A DNA stretch of 64,000 nucleotides from NCBI RefSeq assembly GCF_033153115.1, contig NW_026889778.1, positions 39,804,001-39,868,000 on the forward strand, in the 5' to 3' direction. The DNA is from Saccostrea echinata. Lineage: Eukaryota. Under the pieces are notes generated by a model, which was not told the DNA's origin, did not search any database, and worked only from the letters and a program-made list of their open reading frames with translations. The position numbers and the translations under genes were made by a program. This document shows, piece after piece, positions 24,701-38,500 of the stretch (the first letter of the stretch is position 1; every line of letters starts with the position of its first letter).

Positions 24701-26300
24701 ATGAAGTTCTCAGTTTTGCTATGTATCCTCGTCGTCCAGTTTGGAGCCGGTCTTTCTGTGTCAGCTGTGAAATTTAAAAGTATGAAATATCCAGAATATC
24801 ACACTCCATATACATGTACCTGTTCAATACATAGGGCTCACGGCGGGTGTGACCGGTCAATAGGGGATGCTTTCTCCTCCTAGGCACCTGATCCCACCTC
24901 TGGTGTTTCCAGAAGTCCGTGTTTTATACCTTTTGTTTACCGGATTTATGAGACTGATCCCTGTTTGTTATCTTCATTTTTATTATAATTATTTTTTTTT
25001 TGATCTGTTGGTTCATTTTATATTTTCTTTGTCTGTTTTTTTTTTTTTTTTTAAATTTTTTTAAGGTTGTAACCATGTAAGAGAAGCGGGCTTCCTTAAA
25101 AACCAGACATACACTCTTAGGAAGAATGACACAACTTCCTTCAGGGTAATATACGATGTACATGATGATTAATTAATTCAATTAATACCAGGAAGGCTAT
25201 AAATTTTTTTTTTTCAATTTTACATCACTTTAATAAATTTTCCTGCCATTTAATAATACAGAAGTATAAAAATTCGGGTAAAAATTACACAATAGATTCG
25301 TTGCGAGCATGGGTTGTCCTCCTCAAGCCCTGTGATTCTTTTGAGAGGAAACGGAACGGCAAGATTCAATCGTTCCTGGTCGGACTATCAGAGAGGATTT
25401 GGAGATAGTTTGGAATTATTGGGCAGGACTTGACAATATTCATTACTTAACTGCTACAGGTAAGTATAATGAATTGTTCCACTCGAAGGGACTTCGTAGG
25501 ATTGGCAAAACATGAAATAAAAATATAAATATAATAGAAAAAAGCCCCCCCCCCCCCCAAAAAAAAAAACCCTACGTACTGGACATAATTTCCTGATCGT
25601 TTTTATGCCATTGCCAATATTTGAGATTCTTATACTTGTTACATATATATATATAAATATAAAAGCATTAAATAATTGATGTGTATGGTTCCTAAAAGTA
25701 GCATTTTTTCAGAAAAATTTTACAAAATGAAACTTGACAAACTTTAAAACTTTCAAGCAAAGCATTTCGAAAAAAACAACAACTTTATTTTACTTTGTAT
25801 AACACAGTGCGTTCACTTTCATGAGCAAGGATTGACAAATCTGGTTTACATTCCAAAACAATTGTCCCCATATATGTAATGTGTCTATTAGTAATCCACG
25901 TCATAAAAAAGTAGTATATCTTGTTTCAGGATACAACATCTTAAATGTATTAATGTATGACTGGTCTAATGTTGCTAAATACATCGACTATTCCCAATTC
26001 AATGCGCCGAACTATGAGCTCTCCATACGAGGTTCTGTAGGTCAGGTCCCAGATGACCTCTTGTTCAACCATGGGATGAAGTTTGCTACGTATGACAAGA
26101 ACGACTACAATGGTTGCGCAATTAGACTAAGAGTGGGGTGGTGGTACAATGACTGTACATACGCCCTACCCACCGGAGTTTATTATCCGGGAGGAAACTA
26201 TACACCCACAGACGGGTTCTACGATGGAGTGTTTTGGAAGGACTGGAGGGGATACGGATACTCACTCAAATTTATTATAATGAGTTTATCTACTGTGTAA
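24701..26300 (+). pseudogene. FReD copy 4, frameshifted in exon 3 (pseudogene or assembly indel)
   Basis: Exons 24701-24779 (MKFSVLLCILVVQFGAGLSVSAVKFK), 25066-25145, 25296-25459, 25930-26300. Exon 3 is 164 nt. The frame breaks at ~25410: GFGDSL then ELLGRT-stop, while NYWAGLDNIHYLT continues in another frame. Confidence 0.8.
24833..24980 (+). mobile_element. Short dispersed retroelement 3'-end fragment (possibly Penelope-like) in FReD4 intron 1
   Basis: GC-richer block AGGGCTCACGGCGGGTGTGACCGGTC..CTCCTAGGCACCTGATCCCACCTCTGG..GTTATCTTCA, recalled as an abundant oyster repeat. Family assignment unverified. Confidence 0.4.
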
Positions 26301-29300
26301 ATGGGAGAGTTAAAGAACGATATGTTATATTTTTCCCACTGAAATGAATTTCCCATTGTAACTGGTGCCTCGACCAGGATATTTATGAAAATAATTTGTA
26401 ACCATCGATAGAAGAAATGTATTTCAAGAGAATCTCAGATTTTCTTACGTAGAAAATAAAGGAAATTCAATAAAATAGCACCGATCTCCAAGAAAATTCA
26501 GCTTATTTTTCCTTTGTGGCCTTGATTGTGATGTCTTAGTCTGTCTGAAATTTAACAAGATATGAAAGGCATATTTCTCTCCTAAAAGAGCTTAATTTAA
26601 ATACACATAAAGCTGATATACTGATTTGATTTTTTTTTAAAGATATATATGTTGCGTCTCGTATTTTTTTTAATGCACAATCTGATTTACAACGGTATTA
26701 ATAAATAGACGAATTATCAATTTTTTCTGGTTTTCCATGGCTTTAACTAACATTTGAAGCTCAAGTGGGAATCTTGAGACATATACATACATTGCTCAGC
26801 ACTTTCAGTTGAATTCTCACCTTTGTCTGTTTTTTTCCTATAATTTGTCAATATGATATAATACATAAATCGAAAAACTAAGAAAGTAAGTCATTCTTCA
26901 AACATTGGAAAACACAGGATACAGAAAGTGCACACGTCTCCATTGTCAAAGATGACATACAGGTATAAAAGGATCAGGTGAAGTAAGGGGCCAAAGGTCC
27001 CTAATACAAAAACTGGAAACATGCTTGAAATGGTGACAATTTATAAATGAAGAATTGTTTTAAACCATTTTTTATTTTGAGATAGGGTATACACAAACCG
27101 GGACCGCAGAAACCGGGTATACACAAACAGGGACCGCAGAAAGTCATTTCAGTGCGAGGGTGGGTGGGCCAATCTAACAGGAATTCCTTGACAAGCCGAA
27201 AAAAGGTCATCAGGCATTATTAATGAGGAGGCACAATGCTAAACTATAGACTTGTTTTCTATTGTATAGTTTATACTTGCAGAATGTTTTAATGGATGTA
27301 GGGCAGAGCTCCCTGGTTCCTATAGGACTAACAGAAGCTACATTATTGGTCAAAGATTAGAGCAGTTTCCCCAAATTACTCATGAATATTCGTTAAATTT
27401 TGAACGCAATGCTTTGAAAACCACAGATTTCAGTCTAACTCTGATGTTTAGACACAAATGTGTCTAACACTAATTTACTGCATAGTATGCTAAATGGGCA
27501 GATTTGTTAGCTTGTAATTCTTTTCCCTAAGAAATTAAGAGAATTCTGAAATTAAGTTGACATTCCTGTGATGTGTATGGTATCATTAAAATTCAATTAT
27601 GAAAGAAGAAGCAATATATGTTATAAACTACATGTATTTTAGTACAGTGTATGTACATTCTAAAATTATCTTTGGCAATGTAGTAATGTGACCTATTGAC
27701 CTATCTTGGTGCAAAGAACCAGGAAAAAGATTCCAGGTTCCTTTTTTTTTTTTAGAAAAAGAAATCAAGTCAATAAGAAATAGACGTTTAATGTATGTAG
27801 CTGTCCTGCAGCTAAACAGTGAAATACAGTTTATAAATATATTGCACAATACAACATGATTAAAGGCAAGTTCCATCACAATATGTCTGTACAAAAAGAT
27901 TGAGACATGACAGAAATTACATGTATATGGAGATTGTAAAGCAAAAAGTGAAGACAAAAACTAAACAATTCATAAAATTGTAGATTAAAGAAAAGTATGA
28001 GTGATATGTCTGATTCATAATGCAATTCATTGGGCCAAGTTTCAAAAATTCTCCGTTTGCAGTTGCCTACCCAAAATGTTTAGAGTGGGTAGATATATAT
28101 ATTTTTTTCCTTCTTATATCAATTTTAGTTTCCAAGTTTTTCAAAGGAATTTTCATAGGGTAACTTAAATTTTTATTCACTTGCTGAGCAATTACTTAAT
28201 AAGCTCCACTTAACTGAAGCCACTAATTGATTTTTAATATCCTGAAAACTTGAAATCTACCCCCCCCCCCCCCCCCCGAAAAAAATCTAAAAAATGACTG
28301 GAAAAAAGTTTATGCTGGTTGGATTTTTTAGTAAGTCGGTTAGCAACTGCAAGCAAACGATATTCTATTGTAGGCTTCAAAAGCAAAGCTGTTTCATTAT
28401 AGTCCTAATTACAAGTAGAATTGCAAAGCATTCATATCAAAAATATTCAGTATTGCAAACAGAATGGGGTTACAAAATTGTGAAGTCAGAAATCTGAATG
28501 ATACATTAAAGGATCAAATTGCAAAAAACAAAAAAAAAAAAAAGAACCATAAAGGAAAAAAAAGATAATTCTTATTTGTAAAGAAGTTGAACTGAGAAAA
28601 TATATATCATTTTTGAATAAATTATACATGAATATATAAAAAGCTTAACTACCTTTCTCCCTGGGAAAATTATTTAATTCAAATTATTCACTGCAAGTAC
28701 ACCTGATAAAGAATAGGAATGTTATACATGTATTTCCAATTTTCCATATGATATGTACATTGTTTGTCACTTGACGATAATCAATATTATGCCTTTTAAT
28801 TACACTGACCGACACTTACACATGTAAAATGTGAATATAAATAATCTCATATTTGGTAAACAGAGCATGTACACGTATTTAAACATGTAACATATTAGAA
28901 TGAAACAACTGACAAAATTTAAGACAATTGATGATTATATTATAAACATAAATACAGGTACATTGTAGGAATAAAAGTTTTGCCATTCTTCTAAAATATA
29001 ATGTGCAAATGAATTAATGGCAAAATGTATATAAACTTTAAGGCATATATATGAAAGCGAACACTTTGACCTGCAAAGTTGTGGTGTTTTTTGTTTGTTT
29101 GTTTGTTTTTAGAAAATATAAACCTTGGACTTTGTTTTTTTTTTTAAATCTTGAACTATCTACAATGAATCTGCACAAATGGTATCATTTGTGTTTAAAT
29201 CAATGGTTACTATATATATCTAAAATATCATTCACAAGCCCTATTGTAGTTAACCTTCATAATCAAATAATATCTTGGCAGCTAACAAAGAATCAATCTC

Positions 29301-29519
29301 ATTAAAAAAGACTGAAAATATAAAAATTTGTACACCATTTACATATAACTGTATTCGTAATACAGTATGACTTCTAATCGAATGACTAAAGAATGAACAC
29401 TTTTTTTTTTTGAAAGATGTTATAAATTCTAATACAGCAACCTGAGCAGAAAAAAATTCTGATGAACCAGAAATGAACATTTAAAATGTAATGCCATTTG
29501 CAATCCCCTGTCTCTTAAT

Positions 29520-32500
29520 TTACACTTTGTTTTGAACAGATCTCTCTGCTTTCCTAGCACCGCTCTTCAATTTCTGAAATCTGTCAGGATTTCGTCTAAA
29601 ATACACAATAGTAGCTACCACAACCAAAGCCAAAACAATTCCAGCAACTGCGATACCAATGATGGGACCCAGGTTCTGGTGGGACCTGGCCACGTAGACA
29701 CCACCTTGGTCCACCTGGAAGCTGGCGGTTCCTCCGTTAACTGAGGATGGGATCTTTGTCCAGCTGGCCATATCCTGGAATTTGGAGCGGTAAATTTCCA
29801 CATTACTGGCATCAGGATCTACCTGCATCTGAATGGTAAAGGTGGCGCCATTCTGTGTCACCACAGTCTCTGGTCGGATGACAACAAAGTTACTGGCGTA
29901 GTCATCTCCAACCTGCAAATAAACATATTAACACTGAATTTGGTATTGTTCACGAAAAAGCAAAATTACTACAAATAAAAGCAAAATTAAAGCAACATTT
30001 TTTTTTTAATAAAAACTACATGTATATAAAAATTTCATTAAACATTCAATAAAATCTCATATGATTAGTACACTAGCAACACCATATGCTTTTATCATTA
30101 CAGAGTATTTTATTTTGAATTGTTGTGTAAGAAGTTTACAGTGTAGTTTATCTCAATAAAACCAACTTAATGTGTGATATGAATTTTTTTTAATATGAAC
30201 GGAGGGTATGGCTGGGTTACTCACTGGTTCACTCCTCAGTGACCCACTCCCTACTGCCTGTTCGGGGGACCACTCCTCCATTTGTAGGGTCTGTAGAGTG
30301 GCGAAAACACCTTGCCCGACCATCACCTTGGCTCTACTGTAAAAGTAAAGCCATAACATATAAATTTCACTCTTTATCATTCAAATAAAAACTCTACAAA
30401 CTAAAAATTTAAAATGAAGATCCATTCCCTTATTACTTATATGTATTTTCAAAATAATGGAGCGGATGATATTTGTTGTACAGTCCAAATGCTTAAGAAA
30501 CAAAAAAATATGAACCGATTTTCAACAAAATTTGAATCTTACTTATCAGCTAAAGCCAATGTTCCACCTCCCCAGCCAATGGCCTGGTTTCCTGTGAGGT
30601 AGGGTAAAACCGTGATCCTCCCCTTTTGATCTCGATTGGAGAAGTCATTGTTACGAGTACACATGTAGTGGTACGTCCCTTCCTGGGAAATCATACGGAG
30701 ACCAAGATCAAAATAAGTACCCGCATCATCCAGTTGGGAGAGTTCACCTCCAAAATGTCCTATAAAACAGATATGTCAGTCTATGGTGCAATAATTCTCG
30801 TGCATTTTTTAAAAAAAAATCTACATACAAGTAATTTCAAGTTTTATAACAAATTCTGAAAAGTTTTCCTACATGACAAACTTGAAGAGAAAGTTTTATT
30901 GTTGTGCACAAAGCACACTGTGGTCATTTCTTAAGATTATATGCTTCAAAAACACATTTTCTGCATAGTGCAATTTATCCCTAAATACCTGGAGAATTAA
31001 ATGCCAGGTGCAGCAGATCTTCTTGACTAAGACCAAGGAAAGATGAGTTGACAGCATGTGCTGGATAATTCACTCCATATTTTCCGTACACTGCCCCGGG
31101 GCCAAATCTGGTCAGACTGCCCTCATCATAGGTCGGATCTCCAAGCTGGACAATATTGTTCCTATCTGACCTGGCCTGTCCATTGCCGTCATTGTTTGGG
31201 TTGTTAGTATTGGAGCCTGTCCATCTGTACAAGTGAACAATGTCAATATCAAATACTGTAGAATTACTTTTTTCCCTGTGGGATTTATTTATGCTATGTA
31301 TACGGTCACAAATATTCCATGGAAATTTGTTTCAATGTACTTCATGTGCATCTTAGACCTTCAAGAAATCATCATAATATTCTACCTGTGGATTGAACAG
31401 AAATTGTGGTTCCCATGGAAAAAGGTACATGTATGTTTACAGTATGTGCAAAGACACAAAATATACAAAATTCAATGCGGTTAAAGCTCCCAAACAATTT
31501 CTTGTCTATTCACTTAAATAGTGAAATAACAAACGACTATAGGTACTACAAAGATCATGTCATTTTATCCATATTTTGTAATACATGTATCTTGTTGAAA
31601 TACCTCAGTGACAAGTTTGACTTTCTTTGTAGTAGAGTATGAGTTTGTTTTAATGTAAATACAAGTATGTACAAACGTGTTGTTTCAACTATCCATCTCC
31701 GTGTTTATTTATAGTATCCATATTTATTTACCCTAGAAGTGGAGGTACTTCATTTCCATGTTAATTCACTTTATATGTACAATACGTGTACTCTGAGGTT
31801 CCAATATGATTATGGTTAATGTAATATACATGTACATGTATGTTCAAATTTTCTGTCTTTGGGGGTTAACTCAGTGAATATGTATCTTAATTAAAGTTTT
31901 ATAGATTTTCAGCTCTATGTAAACTCACTGTATATGTATGTAATTTGAGGTTCCCATCTCCAGGTTGTTGGGTACAAAGTCGTATTCTACAGATGGGTAC
32001 ACCTGTACAATGTTTCCTCTCTTCCCTCGTACATTGAGATTGGAGATTGTTCTTCCCACGGTACTGGCCGGGCGGGGGCGAATGGCAAAAGCAAAAGACC
32101 TGTAAAGTTTATATTCAATTATATGTATCTTTTCAAAATACTTGAAACCCAGGGTCAGATACTATAATTGCAAAACTTTGGGTTGGGTTTCAACATTTCA
32201 GAGATATATATCCTCTCAAAAACAAAACCAAGTTTCAGGAAAAAAACAAAAACTAATTTAAGAATAAAGTGATATATTTGGTTGAAGCTCTCCATCTTTT
32301 ATCAAAATTATTGGTAGAACTATGTTTCAACATTCTCAAAAAATAAATTAATAAACTCTTAATCACCTGTCCTCAAATGTACGACCAAATTGTGCTGTGT
32401 TTACAGCAAGCTGGAGTTCAAAGTTCGCATCGTTGAAGACTTTAACTTCAGGGTTGTTTTCAAACAGGAAGCCCCTTTGGTTAGCCTCATTTTCAGACAA

Positions 32501-35500
32501 TCCGACTTTGTCAGCCAACTGAGCATCCACATCTGTATCATACGTAGTGTTCCAGCCATTGTAGTCACCAGTGGAAATATTGTACCTGTATATGAAGAAA
32601 TGACTCAGTAATGGAATCCTATGTACCATATACATGTATACTCGCATACAAGTTAATTTACTTATAAGTCGATTGCATTCCTTCAGCTTATTTGGAAGAA
32701 TATTAAATCGACCTGCTTGTAAGTCAGCAGGATTATTTTTTTTTTGCCAAATCAGTTGTTGATTTCAGATAAATATTTTATGGTATTTAACTGACGTGTT
32801 TCAAAGTATTTTTCAGGATACAACATCAATATTTAAAATTTTATTGACAAAATTATTAACAACAATACATTTAAAACAAGAATAAAATCATCACAATGAA
32901 ATAAAAAGATAACGAACAGTTACACACTTGCACTGCAATCTGTACACACTTGACAAGTACTAAAGGCATATAGAAACCTTAAAATTTCCTTTCCTGCTTT
33001 TTAAAATATTAAGAATTTATCTCGACTCTGTCAATTTTCATTGACATTATTTATGAAAATACTACATTAAGGACTAACTTATCAGTTGGACAGATTGTTT
33101 AAGACCAAAATTTATTTCCCAAAAATCTGACTTAAATGTGAGTATATATACATGGAAACAAGTAACAGTTACTATAAAGTCAGAACCAGACAATAAAGCT
33201 CCCCAATAAGGAAAGCAGATAATATAAAGCCTCTGTTATAGGGAAGTTGTATATTTTCCCCATCCCTCATATCAGATCAAAAAAGAAATTTGATTATAAA
33301 GAACTAAATTGAATAATTCTTAATCAAATGCATAATTCCTGTTCATCCCTACATAGCAATGTGTTAAAATTATGGTATTTATTCTTCAATTAATTTCATA
33401 AGCACCTTATTCTCATGGCACAATTCTCGTGAACAGTATTGGGCACAGTCCAGTTGAAGACCAGGGCGTGACCTCCGATCCCGTTACCTAGGTGATTGTC
33501 TCTAGAGAACTGGGTCTCACGGCAGTCTGGGGCCTCGATACCAAAGGCAGGGACCTCCTTCCACTCTGCCAATACACCATTGGGGTCGTTACTGGGGTAT
33601 CTGTACACCTATTCATTATCAACTTCAGTTTAGTAATATCAGACATCAAAATTGAAGAATACCAACACTTCAAACATAGTTTGTTTATTTACCGGTATAT
33701 AATCAGCTATTCAAGGAGATCACAAATTTTACAAAACAAATAAGAAGCAAACAATTCTGATTGTTAACTTTCTTCAATTTAAAGTTTCTTCTCTTTTTTT
33801 TTCAAGTTTGATAAAAATTTACTTTATTAATATTTGTATGAAATCATACACTAAATTTTTAAATGCCAAATTCAATGTCTTTTTACTAAATACTTATATT
33901 TAGGTATTTTTTTTAAAACTGTTAACTGACAAATACGAAAGTTCACTCAAGTTTTTACCCCTTCCCTCCCCTCCCCCTTCTTGCTAACTCTTTACTGTTC
34001 CCTAAAAAAAAAAAAATAATAAAAAATTTCTTCCATAAAAATTGCTAGAGTTATAACTGACCTCACAAGCCTCTTTAGTGTTGGGGAGGGTGATTCTGCC
34101 AAGGTTTTCTTGGAGAACCTCTGCTGGCATCACACAGCCGTACCGGGGTTTGACGTTGGCACTCTCAGCTTTGTAATAAGGACATCTGGTGGCATCATTA
34201 GTCAGAACAGCAATATCCTACAAGCACCACATATCAACATAAATATAACATTTTTTTTTTCAAACCAATTCCTCAATGGTAAGCAAGCTTAACCTCATAC
34301 ATGTATGTCTGCATGTATGCATAGTACTTAAAGTATTTTATAAATAATTTATATTAATTAAAATAAAAATATCTGAACAGTTTAATGTTTTACAAAGATT
34401 AATAATAGAAGTTTTTGTTCAATATTTTAAAAAGTCCTGTTCATCTTGCTTTATAACCTAACATTAATTTTGTAAAGAAAAACAGCTGACCATCCAAGGT
34501 GTGGGGCCCCAGTAAGGGTAATAATCCCGCTCCTCTGGGCACTCGTAACCATAGCGCTGACCATTGGGATTCTGTCGAGTGTTGACTGCCCTGTTTCTGT
34601 TATTCAGATTCTAAAATTTGAATTCAATAACCTTATTATATTACACTATAATCAACCTAATTATAAAACTTCACCTTTCATATTACATTGTAGTATGATA
34701 TCAATTTCTGCAAATCTGGGTGATATATTTTTGTAATTTGTAATTTTAGAAAAAAAACCCCAAATTTTATCAAGAAATAAGTATCTGATTTTGTATGCTG
34801 CAATCACAAAAGCTGTTTGCAAATTTCTATCGAAATCATATTTGTATCTGAAATATATTTCATTTCTAAAGCTCAGCTGTTCAAGTTTGCGTGGGAGGCA
34901 TTAATTACTACAATGTGTAACACCCACCTATTCAGATACATTTCTAATAGGCATTTTTTACAAACATTTAATTCACATGCAAGGTATGAAATTCTTTCCA
35001 CTGACCACCATTTATAAGGAAATAAATTTCCTGCTTAATCACGACACGTTACAATAAAGATATCAGGAAATAATAAACCCTTTCAATATTGTAAAACAAC
35101 CTAAGCTTTCCCTATGAAGTCTTATAAGGTTACAGGTAATTAATACCCCTCTCACCTGGTCTGCTATAAATAGCCCTTTGTTGCGTTGTCGTGACCGACA
35201 ATTAAGGTAATATTCATAGTTCTCGTTCATGCCATATTCTTTATCTGTATTGCAGTTTCCCAGTCGACAATCATCTGGATTGGTGGGTATAGTACTGAAA
35301 AGTAGAAATTTCATATTAAGCACAGTGGTGTCCATCAAACAATCTTCATTACAATTTACATTTCAAAACATTTATTCAGTTATTTTTAGAATTTTTTATT
35401 CATGTGCTGGATTCTGAAAAGAAATCTGTCAGAATTTGTTTATTTATCAGAATTAATAATTAATTAAATTCTCTTAATTTTATATCAGGGAATGTTCTTT

Positions 35501-38500
35501 GACAGCATCAATGATTCATTTTGATAATTTTGCACAGAAATATTGTCAGTAAATCTTTGAATATTTTCAATACTATATATATTGTGACAAGATGATAACA
35601 TTGTATGTACATTCATTAGATGAAAAAAAATTCATAAATTACTAAAACATGCAGACATATCTCTCCATGGAGTCAATCTCCCAAAGTAACATCTATATAC
35701 AAATAGTTCTTGTAAATTTCTAATGTCTACGTGGAAAGAGCCACATTTTTTTTCATAGTACAGATAACATAATATCTAGTGCTTTATAGTCTTTGTCGTG
35801 GTTTACTTTTTTTTAATTACACAGATGTTAATTTAATTACTTTGTGGAGGCACCATCCCTGAGCTGGTCGTCACACATATACTGTAGAATTATCTCACAA
35901 TGGCTGTTAGGGTTACTGCATGAATGCTGGTTTGTCCTGAAATAAATAAATATGTGCTATACATCAGATTATAAATATAAAGCAAAAAAAGGTTTAAAAA
36001 AAAAAAAACGAGAGAGAGAGATACAAAGTTTCCAATTCAATTGATTTTCAAATAATGTACGCAGGTGGGTTAAGAATCGCAATTTTCATCAATTGCTCAC
36101 AAATTATGTTCAATATATAAGGATTTTTCTATCTGCAAAGTTGATCCCTCATAGTTAATACATAAAATTGATCCTACCCCCACTGTCATCCCTTTAACTC
36201 TCCTATATACAAGTACATACCACTCTTTTGGTCAATCCTGTATATCCTCACACTGATTTTAACCCTATTAAACCTTCTCAGCCATCCCTGTACCTGTACT
36301 CACCATTCTATCTGTAGGGTTGACCCCACGTAGTAGTAGAGTGACCCAACATTGTATCCCCCTCTATTGTTGTTCTGAGAGTCAAACATCCTGAAAAATC
36401 GACAGATTGTGTTATACATAAATTAAAATATATCTTTCATACAACTACAATGTTTCTTTATCATAAAATGATAAAAAGTTTTTAAAAAATCGGAAGTTTT
36501 ATTTAAAAATAAAAGTTAAATATGCTTCTTTTGCTATTGAATAATTTTATTCACCACAATTTATACAGAAGTACTAAACTATTTCCTGTGATGTAAAATT
36601 CCTACAAATTAAGGATGTGCGGCATATTGCAAATCACCTGAGAATTACATTCATTGCCAGTACAAAACAATTGGAGTAATTAAGACACAGGTAATGATGG
36701 CCAGACAAAACCACAAAACTAGTAAACAAAACAGGTTTTACAGGAAAGGAAAATATTTCTGTTGTGTTTTTGTTTAATTTAATATGTCAAAAAGTAGACC
36801 ATCTTGATCCTTAACCACTTATAAGTGACGTATGTGTTTCACTAGCTAGGATACAGACTTTCAATATCCCAACCAACAGTAGTAAATATTCTTGATTCAC
36901 ATGGCAACCTTAATACTTAAGATTAGCAAAATATAAAAAAAAACATTTCAATTCTTTAATTTGTGTGATGCATTTATAACGAGCCCTGCAATTTAGCTTT
37001 TCAATTATTATGATAAATTATGCAAGCATTAAAAATAACAACAATAGTGTGTATGCATGCAAATGAATTTCATTTTTTGCCAATATCTTTCTTTATGGAG
37101 GAGAATTAGGACCATTTTTTTTTGGTGGGATTTGCATATATATATATGTGTTAAGATAGACCAACTGGCACCGCATGGGGACTTTAATTTAAAATACTTT
37201 TCTGTTGTTTTTAAATTCTAAAATAAGCCTTAATTTTGTTTCCTTACCTTTTATTATTCTGGACATTTCTGTTTTCTTCATCCAACCTGTTGTTACCTCC
37301 CCTGCAAAAATAATTGTCAAACATAATTAATCTATTGAAGATTTACTTATTGTACATAATTGCCTAAAAAGGTGAAAGGCCATTCTTTAGGTACTAGATG
37401 ATACAGTATGATACGTACTGTAAAAGCACGAATTTTAATTTACAGTATCATTGTTTGGTTATGTATGTATTTCATTTTGTGCAGTGACATAATTATACAG
37501 TGAAACCTGTCTAATCAGACAGGCAATGGAAGACAAATTTTGTGTCAGAATAGACAGACTGTCAGATTACACTGTGTAAAGAACATAGAAAACAGTAAAG
37601 TGGGAATGACAATATACAGGTCAGAATTCACAATGAAACGGATTGCACAGGTGTCAGATTAGACAGTTTTCACTGTATACACATGTATATGCGAATGATC
37701 AAGAGATTTTTTTTTTAAAAAAAGAAGAACTTCAAAAAAAAAAATATTTATTTATTTTGAAAAGGACTGACTCTTATTTCAAACAAAAAGACCCTCTACT
37801 TTGAGAGAGAATTTTTTTGCATTTTTAGAGTTTTTCAAATTTTTTTTTTTTAAATTTCTGATTAAAAAAAATTCACTTTGGATAGAAAAGTGAACTATCT
37901 ATACTATCCTGGGTATTCCCTGAAAACAAATAGAACTTAATATTAAATACATGCTTCTTTTCATCATATAGCTATATGTTATATATGTTGTACATTCTGA
38001 CATTCTTTCTTGCTCAGTGCTTTATCCTTTCAATTGCCAAACAGACAATGGATTCATAATAGATGGTTTTCCTATAACATATTTTTCCTTGGAGTTATTT
38101 CCCTTGGCTGCCATCTTGTAGGTCAAAGTAGTGAATTTCCCTCTTTGAGCAACCAATTTTAAAAATGCATGCCAAAAATATATAGGGCAAAAAATATTTA
38201 CAATATTGAAATTATGAATTAAAAGAAGCTTTAACAAATGTATATTCATAAGGAAAACAGTGTTATCTTCACCTCAGTGCCCAGTATAACAAATTGAACT
38301 TGGCTGAATAATGAACTTGGGATCTGGGGATGTTGACCTACAATATGGCAGCCATGGGAAATAACTCTTGCTTAAATCACCTTGATGGAATACCATCTAT
38401 ATGTTACATTAATACATAAACTAAATTTTTTGCAAGAAAGTTAACCTATGCAACTTCTGGGTGTATATGCATTTACTGACTAACACTAGATACGCAGAGG

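Noticed and set aside
27084-27141. 28-bp direct repeat x2 (similar short duplications at 23727-23860 and 51307-51395)
   Set aside because: Local slippage duplications with no further structure.
29520-29535. PDZ-binding motif at the membrane DD3-3 C-terminus (QNKV)
   Set aside because: It has a terminal Val, but position -2 is Asn and fits no canonical class.
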